From Bacillota bacterium (GTDB lineage Bacteria; Bacillota; Clostridia; Acetivibrionales; DUMC01), in NCBI GenBank assembly GCA_013314855.1, contig JABUEW010000001.1, positions 24,377 through 88,376 on the forward strand: 64,000 bases of DNA, in the 5' to 3' direction. This document shows positions 48,971-58,018 of the stretch, piece by piece. Each line of letters opens with the position of its first letter. The stretch's first letter is position 1. The notes beneath the pieces were generated by a model that was not told the DNA's origin, did not search any database, and saw only the letters and a program-made list of their open reading frames with translations. A program made the translations under genes and the position numbers.

Positions 48971-49750
48971 TTAAATAATATTTACTAATTTAAGAAAATT
49001 AATGCTTAATATTTTTACCTTATCCTCCTCACTTATATTCGAAAGTACAACATTTCCAAGCTGGTGGCAAGGGTCAAAAAATGGAAAGTCGCTACCAAAT
49101 ACTATTTTATCAGCACCAAGAAAATCAACTGTTTTTTCAAAAGCTCCCAAATAGCATCCCGATCCGGCTGTATCCAACCATACATTATCTAAATCCCGTA
49201 TTGCTTTTAAGATTTCGAGTTCCTGATTTCCATCCCATGCAGACCCATAATGGGCTTGTATAAATTTTATATTATAGTATTTGTCTGCAATAGAACGTAA
49301 GTTTTGTGCAGAACCCCATGAGTGGTTCATTATCACCAGTTTTCTTTGGTGTGCAAATTCATATACAGGTATATACTTCTTGCTGTCTGCCGGACAGTCA
49401 CTTAAGTCAGGATGTAGTTTGATTGCAGTCATATTGAGTTTATCAAAACACCTTTCAAGTTCAGGTATTACATCATTTTGTTCAAAAGGATTGACGCACG
49501 CATAGCCTAAAATTCTTCCTTTTGATGATTTTATTGCATCAGCTACCATATCATTTCCATACTTATAATCCACTTCCAGCCCTGCGAGAGAGGAAACACA
49601 AATTTTTTCAATTCCTACCCTGTCCATGGTTTTTAATATACCTTCAGCACTACTGTCAGGAATGTTAAACAACTTATAATACCCCAGGTGTCCATGAGCA
49701 TCTATTATCCTATACTTTCCTATAATTTCCCGTATTTTATTTGGCATCAA
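48971..49750 (-). CDS. Amidohydro_2-type metal-dependent hydrolase
   Basis: 259 aa with RIIDAHGHLG and IVFGSDFPF. It overlaps the upstream gene by 14 nt. Confidence 0.75.
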   Translation of the reverse strand: MMPNKIREIIGKYRIIDAHGHLGYYKLFNIPDSSAEGILKTMDRVGIEKICVSSLAGLEVDYKYGNDMVADAIKSSKGRILGYACVNPFEQNDVIPELERCFDKLNMTAIKLHPDLSDCPADSKKYIPVYEFAHQRKLVIMNHSWGSAQNLRSIADKYYNIKFIQAHYGSAWDGNQELEILKAIRDLDNVWLDTAGSGCYLGAFEKTVDFLGADKIVFGSDFPFFDPCHQLGNVVLSNISEEDKVKILSINFLKLVNII

Positions 49751-50513
49751 AATTAACCCCCTCCAGTAAATTCATGAGGTTTTTCCCAGCTATCATGTCT
49801 CTTTCATCTTCTTTAATATTTGCCAGACATACCATTGCAATGGGAGGGTTTGGACTGTAAACAGGCATCCCTGTGCCGAAAATCAATCTACCGGCGCCAA
49901 AGTTCCGCACCATCTTCTCTATCCCGTTATTAACAATGTAATATGATGTTTCTAGATACAGGCTATCAAATTTTTTAAACAGAGGATATATATATCTGTC
50001 AGCCTTAACACCCATCCTTACTAATACGAAAGGTAATGCCGGGAAGGTTTCACAAAAGTTTTTGATTTGTTCCCAGTTTATTTCTTCAGACCAATGTCTT
50101 ATTGAAAAATCTATAAACACTGGAATTTTCCTTAATTCAAGTTCAGAAAACAGGTCTTCCCACACCCAGGTATAAAGGGATATTCCATGAAAAGCAGGGA
50201 ATATCCTTACTGCCCTTATATTATTATCAGCGAGGTACTTTACGAATTCTTCCGGAGAAAGAAATTCTCCCGTATGATGGGGCATTGCTACAGCACATGG
50301 GATCAACCTGTCATAGTTTTTAATTTCTTTAAGAAGCATGTCGTTTCCTGTTTGTATATGGCTGTATTTAGCTAATGAGCCAAAAACAACGCATCGTGAT
50401 ATTCCACTTTTATCCATAAAACTAATAAGATCATTTGCTGTGTAAAAACATATACCAGTATTTTTTTTCCATTGTCCCAACATACAATTACTATCAATAA
50501 ACTCCATTGGCAT
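49737..50513 (-). CDS. Amidohydro_2-like protein lacking the N-terminal HxH
   Basis: 258 aa. It has the same length and C-terminal LIFGTGMP as family members, but EFIDSNCMLG replaces D.H.H. Confidence 0.5.
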   Translation of the reverse strand: MPMEFIDSNCMLGQWKKNTGICFYTANDLISFMDKSGISRCVVFGSLAKYSHIQTGNDMLLKEIKNYDRLIPCAVAMPHHTGEFLSPEEFVKYLADNNIRAVRIFPAFHGISLYTWVWEDLFSELELRKIPVFIDFSIRHWSEEINWEQIKNFCETFPALPFVLVRMGVKADRYIYPLFKKFDSLYLETSYYIVNNGIEKMVRNFGAGRLIFGTGMPVYSPNPPIAMVCLANIKEDERDMIAGKNLMNLLEGVNFDAK

Positions 50514-50518
50514 AGTGC

Positions 50519-52549
50519 TTATTCATCTCCATTTTTTTCGTATTCATCGAATTCATTGTGAACATGATCTATTCCTTTCTTTAACTTCCTTTCTTTAACC
50601 CACCTGTCTATATCGGGTAAATCAAAGTATTTAAGCATACCGGGGAGTATAATGCTCATGATATCGTACCTATCATAATAACGTGATTTTACCAAACTTG
50701 TAAAACTTCCTATACCTTCAACTACTTCAAGATCTTTAATGCTTTCATTAAGTGCTGCTGCAAGCTGAGCATATAAACCCTGACGTCCATAAGCATATAA
50801 ATGTACATCCCCTTTTTTTATCCCCGGGAACTGCTGTACTACTTCAATAGCTCTCAATACATCGTATGTCCTTAAGGTTGCCATGCTATCACCCAACCAC
50901 ATGAGATCATTAACCAATTTGAATATAACCCCGTAAAAATCAAGGGGCGGCATAGAACGGAAGGAATTAGGTAAAATGTTTCCTACTCCTGATGTATCAA
51001 GAACCATTACAGCTCTTCTTAAGTTACAAGTGTCTCTTATCCATTTTATATGAGGTTGTATTTGGGTAGTACCTCCATCCCATACAGCAATAGTTGCAGG
51101 AAGATCCTCTCCAATAAATTGATAATCTCTAAACAAAACTCCATAGTTAAATATACCCTCTTGTGTCCACCACATGCTTGCCTGCACAACCAATTCATCA
51201 ACTTGGGTAACCATTAAATGACGACAATTATATTCACATGGTTTCCTGTTATAATAGACTTTTTCCTTTAGCCATTTTATGGCCATTTTTCTGCGTTGAT
51301 CTTCAGGTATAGTTTCCCGCTGCTTCTCTATTTCATCAAGGCGGTTACAGTTCCCATGGTATATAAACCTTGCACCCTGCATTTCACCGCGGACCTGACC
51401 TGAGTTTGTACACCATAAACGGGAAGACTCTATTGGTCTTATTTCTTCATCTTCCTGTAATATAGGTAAAGTTTTTCTGCTTAGAAGATGCTTTGAAAAA
51501 AATTCTGCCGCTTTTTTGGCCATGGATTGAGTATACTTATGCGGTGAATTATCTTCAAACAATTCTATATTATCAATTTTCCCGTACATCTCCCAGAACC
51601 GTTTAGCTCTTTCAACTGTCCACCTGGTCCCTTCAATAGGAAAATAGTCGGATGTTGCCGCTAACACAAGAACAGGTTTTGGTGCCATGGAAATAATCAT
51701 GTCTTCGTGATCAAAACCGTATACAGACATTCCAGGCCATATGTGTTCCGCGTCAGCAGGCCCCCCTGTATATAAATGAGCTATTCTGCTAGTTATAAAC
51801 GTTGCAGGAGCTGCTGCAGCAATTCTTGGATCACATATCATCATGAGAGCAGTTTGTGTCCCTCCTCCTGAATTACCAGTAACTCCTATCTTGTCGGGAT
51901 CAACTTCAGAGCGTGTACAAAGGTAGTCTATCCCCCTCATGGCATCGTGCAAAAAATAACGGGCACTGGCATCTCCTACAGGCCAACATTGTATCCCCGC
52001 ATAATCATGCTCATAAATTCCCCATCTTACTGTTGTGCTATTAATAGATTTTTCGTAGTAGCTGAACCGTTCACCCTGACCTATTGGATCTTGTGCCAAC
52101 ACCACTAATCCTGCACGTACTAAGTATTGGCATACAATCTGATATTCATCTTCGTGTTTTGCCCGTTCATGATGCCCGCAAAGAAAAAGCACTGCACCTA
52201 CTGGATATTCAACTCCATCCGGTACATAAAGATTTGCTGTTACAAATACCTTCGGCCGAGACTCAAATATCACTTTTTCTATTCTGAAACCATTACAATG
52301 TATGACGCCTGTTATTTGCGGGTTAAGAGGTGTGTCACTAGGAGGAAGGCCTCCCAGTGACTCTATAAGCTTTTCTCGTATAAAAGCTTTTCGTTTCTCA
52401 AGCTCATCTATGTTATTGATTGCATCCCGGATGGCATTACCTGTACTGGCTGCTTCTTCAGTCAGTTTATATATAACAGACCGTAACTGGTCTTTTACAT
52501 CATAAAACCCGATACTAGGTGAATACTGTTCCAGCTCCTGTACTGTCAT
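50519..52549 (-). CDS. Alpha/beta-fold hydrolase (acetyl-esterase / S9-like) with a C-terminal extension
   Basis: 676 aa. The nucleophile elbow is GVTGNSGGGTQTA, with CGHHERAKHE and DPIGQGER upstream. Confidence 0.6.
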   Translation of the reverse strand: MTVQELEQYSPSIGFYDVKDQLRSVIYKLTEEAASTGNAIRDAINNIDELEKRKAFIREKLIESLGGLPPSDTPLNPQITGVIHCNGFRIEKVIFESRPKVFVTANLYVPDGVEYPVGAVLFLCGHHERAKHEDEYQIVCQYLVRAGLVVLAQDPIGQGERFSYYEKSINSTTVRWGIYEHDYAGIQCWPVGDASARYFLHDAMRGIDYLCTRSEVDPDKIGVTGNSGGGTQTALMMICDPRIAAAAPATFITSRIAHLYTGGPADAEHIWPGMSVYGFDHEDMIISMAPKPVLVLAATSDYFPIEGTRWTVERAKRFWEMYGKIDNIELFEDNSPHKYTQSMAKKAAEFFSKHLLSRKTLPILQEDEEIRPIESSRLWCTNSGQVRGEMQGARFIYHGNCNRLDEIEKQRETIPEDQRRKMAIKWLKEKVYYNRKPCEYNCRHLMVTQVDELVVQASMWWTQEGIFNYGVLFRDYQFIGEDLPATIAVWDGGTTQIQPHIKWIRDTCNLRRAVMVLDTSGVGNILPNSFRSMPPLDFYGVIFKLVNDLMWLGDSMATLRTYDVLRAIEVVQQFPGIKKGDVHLYAYGRQGLYAQLAAALNESIKDLEVVEGIGSFTSLVKSRYYDRYDIMSIILPGMLKYFDLPDIDRWVKERKLKKGIDHVHNEFDEYEKNGDE

Positions 52550-52594
52550 TTTTCTTTCTCTCCTCTTTTAAGCAAATTCGCTTCGATCCCGGAA

Positions 52595-53914
52595 CTATAT
52601 CAGGTTTATACTCCTTCCGCTTCTAGCTACATCTTGGGTTTCAACACCATACTTCTTCTCATATTCCTTTAATTCATCTACATTCCTTACAACCTTGTGG
52701 TAGGCTTCAATATACTGGTTTAAAAGCTCCCTGCATGGCTTTTCAAATCTTGGAGCCATCATAAATGCATGCTCTCTAAGATATTCTGTATTGGGAAGGC
52801 TTACCTTCTCAGTAGGATATTCCACTTTTACATGAGGACATCTCCCGGGGCAACCCTTTCCATAAGGTGTCTTTTCAAGAAAGAGAGGCGCTTCATGCAG
52901 GCGTCCGTATCCTATTGCTCCCACTACCACGCCTTCGGCTTTTAATGCTTTTAGGAAAGTCATTAATGACACTCCTTCAAGTTTAGTCTCATCATACCTG
53001 GCATAGTGATAACTATGCTGTCTTACGCCTCCCGGATATGTTCTCTGAGGGATAATACATTCTATATCCTTTATACCTTCCTCCAGATACCTTGCATTTT
53101 CTGACCTTATTGCATTTTTCTCATCAAGATATTTTAATTCGGTATTGACTATTGCTATACCTAAAGGATGTACCCTGTGCTTAAATCCTAATGACGTAGT
53201 ATACTTCCTGTATTCCGAGTCTTCCGGAAGTCCGCTTACCCGTTCATAATGTCCTAACGCTACTGCCCTTTCGTAATATTCATGGTTATTGGTTACCAGC
53301 ACGCCTCCTTCACCGGCTGCCAGGGTCTTGCTCCCCTGCAAGCTGTAACATCCTACATCTCCAATTATGCCTACTTTCTTACCCTTCCACATTGTACCAT
53401 GAGCATGGGCACAATCTTCAATTACACGCAAGTTGTTTTCCTTTGCTATTTTCATTATCTCATCCATGTTTGCCGGATTACCCCATACATGGACTACCAT
53501 TATCGCCTTTGTCCTGGGAGTTATTTTCCTCTTTATATCTTCAGGGTCAATACAATGAGTGTCAATGTCTACATCACAAAACACAGGTATCCCATGGGAT
53601 GCAACAATAGGAGCTACAGTAAATATCCAGGTAAAGGAAGGTACTATTACTTCATCTCCAGGTCCAACCCCTACCGCAAACAGCGCTTCGTGGAGAGATG
53701 ATGTCCCGCTGTTTACAGCTAATGAATATTTTGCCCCGATGTAGTCTCCAAAGTTTTTCTCAAATTCCCTTACAACCGGGGATGTGGAAATTTCACCTTT
53801 TCTTAATAGTTCTACTACTGCATTTATTGCCTCTTCAGATACCAGCGGCAGGCTTGCTGTTGATGAATCAATTTTCACTGCCTTTTCTCCGTTTAAAATT
53901 GCTAACTTAGCCAT
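52595..53914 (-). CDS. DegT/DnrJ/EryC1/StrS-family aminotransferase
   Basis: Start moved to ATG 53914 (GAGGAG 8 nt upstream; MAKLAILNG...). Has AVNSGTSSLHEAL, PGDEVIVPSFTW and YSLQGSKTLAAGEGGV. Confidence 0.8.
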   Translation of the reverse strand: MAKLAILNGEKAVKIDSSTASLPLVSEEAINAVVELLRKGEISTSPVVREFEKNFGDYIGAKYSLAVNSGTSSLHEALFAVGVGPGDEVIVPSFTWIFTVAPIVASHGIPVFCDVDIDTHCIDPEDIKRKITPRTKAIMVVHVWGNPANMDEIMKIAKENNLRVIEDCAHAHGTMWKGKKVGIIGDVGCYSLQGSKTLAAGEGGVLVTNNHEYYERAVALGHYERVSGLPEDSEYRKYTTSLGFKHRVHPLGIAIVNTELKYLDEKNAIRSENARYLEEGIKDIECIIPQRTYPGGVRQHSYHYARYDETKLEGVSLMTFLKALKAEGVVVGAIGYGRLHEAPLFLEKTPYGKGCPGRCPHVKVEYPTEKVSLPNTEYLREHAFMMAPRFEKPCRELLNQYIEAYHKVVRNVDELKEYEKKYGVETQDVARSGRSINLI

Positions 53915-54136
53915 TTTCAACACTCCTCGTTAGTAGAATAACTTTTTATCGTATGACTTTTTAATACCTACTCAATAAACTTAATAATTTAATGCTAATC
54001 TCATAATACTACATCCAGCAATGTACTGTAAACAAACATTAATTTTATACATACATTATTTTCATTCATAATTTTCATTCATACTTTTATTTGTTTTAAA
54101 TCAAATACAAGCTTAATTAAGCAAGTTTAGGACAAT

Positions 54137-54379
54137 GTGCATTTTATTTTTATGAAAAAAATGCTTCCGGTAACTAAATGCTCCAAGTCTTAAGAGCCTG
54201 TAAATTCACTTCGGGGCAAATCAAACTCGCAAAATAATTTGAATAGAATTTAATAATATTTCAATGTAATTATTTTGCTCATACAGTTGATTTGCTTACC
54301 CCTCGTCGGATTAACAGGCTCTATAAGACTTTCCGCAATGTTACTTCCGGCATTTTCTTCAAAATTTAAAAATGCGCCC
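54137..54379. mobile_element. MITE-like palindromic element, copy B (inverted relative to copy A)
   Basis: Its reverse complement differs from 40015..40257 at 6 of 243 positions. It is flanked by AGGACAAT (54129..54136) and ACGACAAT (54380..54387). Confidence 0.8.
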
Positions 54380-54484
54380 ACGACAATTGTGATTATTGCA
54401 AAAATTAATATTATATATTATACTTGTCTTAAATTAATGTTTTTGGTTTAACATTTTTAGTTGTATTAAATAAGAGGTGCAAAT

Positions 54485-55765
54485 ATGAAAGATAAGGGTA
54501 GTTTAAACTTAATAAGGGAAATTAATACCTCAATTATATTAGACATTCTAAAAGAAAAGGCGCCCCTTTCTAAATACGATATTTCTAAGCTTACCGGCTT
54601 AAGTGCTCCAACTGTCTCAAATATTGTAAATGATTTAGTTAAAGTTGGTTTTGTTAAAGAGACCGGTGTGGGAGAATCAATAGGAGGAAGGCCACCTTTG
54701 CTTCTTGATTTAAATTTGGAAGGCGGTTTTATTATAGGAGTTGATATAGGGTCTGATAACATAAAGGCAATTGTTGTAGACTTTTTAGGGAATATAATAG
54801 CCAAATCGGAAATACAAGTAAATCCTGATGACAGTGAATTTATTGTTTTGGATAAAATAACGCTGGCCATTTCAACTATAATTGAAAAGTCAAAAAAAGA
54901 TAGGTCGCTTTTTCTTGGAATGGGAATGGGAGTAGCTGGAGAAGTAGATTCTCTTAATGGTATAATTAAGCATGCCAGCAGACTTAAATGGCATAATGTT
55001 CCATTAAAATCAATTATAGAGAACTCTTTTCGTATACCGGCTTATATAGATGAAAATGTTAAACTTCTGACCTTTGCAGAGCAGTGGTATGGTGCAGGGA
55101 AAGGCTATAATAATATTGTTTGTATAAGGGTCGGAGATGATATTGGTGCAGGTATTATAATTGACGGCAAACTTTTTAATGGAAGCAGCGGCAAGGCAGG
55201 TGTCAATATTGGCCACTTGATTGTAAAAGCCGATGGCCCCAAATGTGAATGTGGAAATTCAGGGTGTTTGCAATCATTAGTTTCGAGTAATGCAATTATA
55301 TTACATGCAAGAAATTTGATAAAAACATATAAAAACAGTTCACGGGAAAGAATTAATAGTACAATGAGTAACAAAACTGCTAATATATCATTATTGGAAA
55401 ACTATATGAATAACCAAGATAAGTTATCTGTAGAAATTATAGCTAAATTAGCTAGAGAAGGAGATAAAATTAGTATTCAAATAATGAATGAAACCAGCAA
55501 ATATCTGGCAATTGCCATATCAAACATTGTCAATTGTCTGGACCCGGAAATTGTTATAATAGGAGGAGGTATAGCTGAAGCTGGGGACGTTTTGTTTAAT
55601 CCCCTTCAGGAATACCTTAAAAGCATAATTAAGTTTGCAACTCCATCCTTTAAGGTAGTGAAATCAAAACTTGGAGTGGATGCCTTTGCAATGGGTGCAG
55701 CTACAGCAGTACTTCACCAGATTTTCCAGTCACCCGGTAAGTTTATAGAAGTAAAGAATTATTAA
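54485..55765 (+). CDS. ROK-family transcriptional regulator (NagC/XylR-like)
   Basis: 426 aa. N-terminal wHTH SKYDISKLTGLSAPTVSNIVNDLVKVGFV, a ROK domain with GxGxG (GMGMGVAG) and the Zn motif CECGNSGCLQ. The minus-strand ORF 54466..54870 is antisense noise. Confidence 0.85.
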   Translation: MKDKGSLNLIREINTSIILDILKEKAPLSKYDISKLTGLSAPTVSNIVNDLVKVGFVKETGVGESIGGRPPLLLDLNLEGGFIIGVDIGSDNIKAIVVDFLGNIIAKSEIQVNPDDSEFIVLDKITLAISTIIEKSKKDRSLFLGMGMGVAGEVDSLNGIIKHASRLKWHNVPLKSIIENSFRIPAYIDENVKLLTFAEQWYGAGKGYNNIVCIRVGDDIGAGIIIDGKLFNGSSGKAGVNIGHLIVKADGPKCECGNSGCLQSLVSSNAIILHARNLIKTYKNSSRERINSTMSNKTANISLLENYMNNQDKLSVEIIAKLAREGDKISIQIMNETSKYLAIAISNIVNCLDPEIVIIGGGIAEAGDVLFNPLQEYLKSIIKFATPSFKVVKSKLGVDAFAMGAATAVLHQIFQSPGKFIEVKNY

Positions 55766-55770
55766 TTTTC

Positions 55771-56628
55771 CTAATTAATTTCCCTATAAGCCTCAGCTGC
55801 TTCACTTAAAGTAGACCCGATAAGTTTTACGCCGATTTCATTGCCAAATCTTCTAATTTCTTCTATCATTCTCTCCATTGTCTCCCTGCGGAAATTCCTG
55901 GGATCCGAATAATCAAAAATATTGTGTGTAAGTGGAACAAGGACTTTTAAGGAAAGTTTTTCATCTACTTGCCTTTTCATAACTTTCCTTATAATAAACC
56001 CATGATTTTTTGCGTCAGTAAACTCAACACGCAGATCCTGAGGGTGTAAACCGCCCCAAACCATAGTTTCCCAATCTACTGAAATAGGTATCTCTACAAT
56101 ATCAAGTCCACCTTCCAGCATCCTATTGTAAGGGTTTGCATAATGGACAAACAAAGGCGCCCCAGCCCAATTTGAAGCTGCTGATGTCAGCTTTCTGCCA
56201 GGAAAAGACGAACTTGAATGCCTTAAACCAGCTTTATACATTGCCTGAAAAGTATAGTCGTTTGCACTTCCAAAACCTGTCCGAACTGATACAGGACGTA
56301 TACCTAGTATTTTTTCAAAGGATTCAATTGCCCTTTCCATTATCTCCAGTTGGACCTCCATTGAGTATGTTCCCATATATCCACTGGGATAACCCGACTC
56401 ATCAGGGTGTAAATGTAGTGCAAGTTCATGGCCAGCTTCATGTTTTTTGATAAGAAGGTCCGGCATATACTTTATCTCCTCAGGCATTAAGAAAAGAGTT
56501 CCCTTCCAACCAACATCTTCAAGTATATTGCAAAACCCTTCTATTGCACGTTTTCCCAAATCAATATTGTTAACTTCTTTTCTGCAACTTTCACAATCTA
56601 TAGTCCAGCATATGTAGAAACTCACCAA
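55771..56628 (-). CDS. Deacetylase-like beta/alpha-barrel protein (divergent polysaccharide deacetylase superfamily)
   Basis: 285 aa with WTIDCES and HEAGHELALHLHPD. Tentative. Confidence 0.4.
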   Translation of the reverse strand: MVSFYICWTIDCESCRKEVNNIDLGKRAIEGFCNILEDVGWKGTLFLMPEEIKYMPDLLIKKHEAGHELALHLHPDESGYPSGYMGTYSMEVQLEIMERAIESFEKILGIRPVSVRTGFGSANDYTFQAMYKAGLRHSSSSFPGRKLTSAASNWAGAPLFVHYANPYNRMLEGGLDIVEIPISVDWETMVWGGLHPQDLRVEFTDAKNHGFIIRKVMKRQVDEKLSLKVLVPLTHNIFDYSDPRNFRRETMERMIEEIRRFGNEIGVKLIGSTLSEAAEAYREIN

Positions 56629-56728
56629 ACATACCTCCTTAAACTTCTTTTTGATACATTAGTTAAGTCTCACATCTTTATAAATAGAGTCTTTACAGAT
56701 AGAGACTTAACTAATGCAATCTATTATT

Positions 56729-57883
56729 CTACTTTCTCAATTCAGCTATAGTTTCTTTTATAGCCCAGGCAATATAGTCAAAATCTTCATACTGCATTCT
56801 GGCAAAAACAGGCACATTAAATAACTGTCTCATAATTTTAGCTGTTATGGGAGTATCATCTCCATTATATCCTCTCTCCTTGAATACTGTCCACTTATAT
56901 ACAGGTCTGTAGTGAATTGTAACTCCAATTTTGTATTTTTCTTTCAATATTTTTATAAACTCCTCTTTAGGTTTGCCTACCTTTTCGTCGTTAAAAAGAA
57001 GAGTATATAAATGATATACATGTTCATAACCTTCAGGCACATAAGGTGTGGTTATTTCTTCTACATCCTTTAACTTTTCACTTAAATATTCTGCAAACTT
57101 TTTCCTTATGCATGCGTTTTTATCTACTTTCTTTAACTGGGTAAGCCCAACAGCGGATTGCAGTTTTGTCATTCTATAATTGCTCCCCAATTCTACCACA
57201 TCATCAACAGGACCGTATTTAAACCCAAAAGACTTTATTCTTTCCAACCTGGTAAAATACTCTTCGTTATTCGTTGTTATAGCTCCACCTTCTCCTAATG
57301 TAGACATATTTTTATTGGACTGGAAACTAAACACTGACATATCGCCAAAACCGCCAATTTTTTTGCCCTTATATTTTGAACCTACTGCATGTGCCGAATC
57401 ATATATTACTTTTATTCCATATTTTTTTGCCAATCTTTCAAATCCTTCTATATCAGCTGATAGTCCTGCAAAGTGTACAGGTATTACAGCTTTAGTCCTT
57501 TCAGTTATTTTTTCTTCTACCTTTGCCGGATCCAGGTTATATGTTCTTGGATCAATGTCGGCAAATACTGGCTTTGCTCCTTTAAGTAAAATGCATGTAG
57601 CAGTACAAATAAACGTAAGCGGTGTTGTTATTACTTCATCTCCTGGTCCTATATCCAATATTTGTAATGCCAGGTCAAGTCCTGTTCCACAGGAATTTAC
57701 TGCACTTGCATATTTACACTCTTCATATTCAGCAAAAGCCTTTTGAAATTCAGTTTCCTCCGGAAGACGGAAAAATCCCTTTGCTTCTGTAACACAAGGA
57801 TTAAGTATCTTCAAGACAGCATCAATATCATCCTGCTCGTATATAGCACCAAGACCATACCATGGTAAATTTCTGATTTTCAT
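56729..57883 (-). CDS. DegT/DnrJ/EryC1/StrS-family aminotransferase
   Basis: 384 aa with AVNSCGTGLDLAL, PGDEVITTPLTF and FSFQSNKNMSTLGEGGA. Confidence 0.85.
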   Translation of the reverse strand: MKIRNLPWYGLGAIYEQDDIDAVLKILNPCVTEAKGFFRLPEETEFQKAFAEYEECKYASAVNSCGTGLDLALQILDIGPGDEVITTPLTFICTATCILLKGAKPVFADIDPRTYNLDPAKVEEKITERTKAVIPVHFAGLSADIEGFERLAKKYGIKVIYDSAHAVGSKYKGKKIGGFGDMSVFSFQSNKNMSTLGEGGAITTNNEEYFTRLERIKSFGFKYGPVDDVVELGSNYRMTKLQSAVGLTQLKKVDKNACIRKKFAEYLSEKLKDVEEITTPYVPEGYEHVYHLYTLLFNDEKVGKPKEEFIKILKEKYKIGVTIHYRPVYKWTVFKERGYNGDDTPITAKIMRQLFNVPVFARMQYEDFDYIAWAIKETIAELRK

Positions 57884-58018
57884 AACATATGACCTCCTGT
57901 TTAAATTTTAAATTTCTGTTTAATTTTTTTTATTTATTTATTTAACTTTTTAACTTTCTCTTTATTTAATTTAAGGTAATTTATCTAAATACAGCTATAC
58001 AGCTAATTTATCTAAATT

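Noticed and set aside
40015-54379. The two 243-bp repeats as the ends of a composite transposon that moved the 13.9-kb module as one unit
   Set aside because: Each copy is flanked on both of its own sides by its own short direct repeat (TTTGCAAAC for A, A[G/C]GACAAT for B). A single composite insertion would show one shared duplication at the outer ends only. Two independent MITE insertions fit better, although later recombination between them remains possible.
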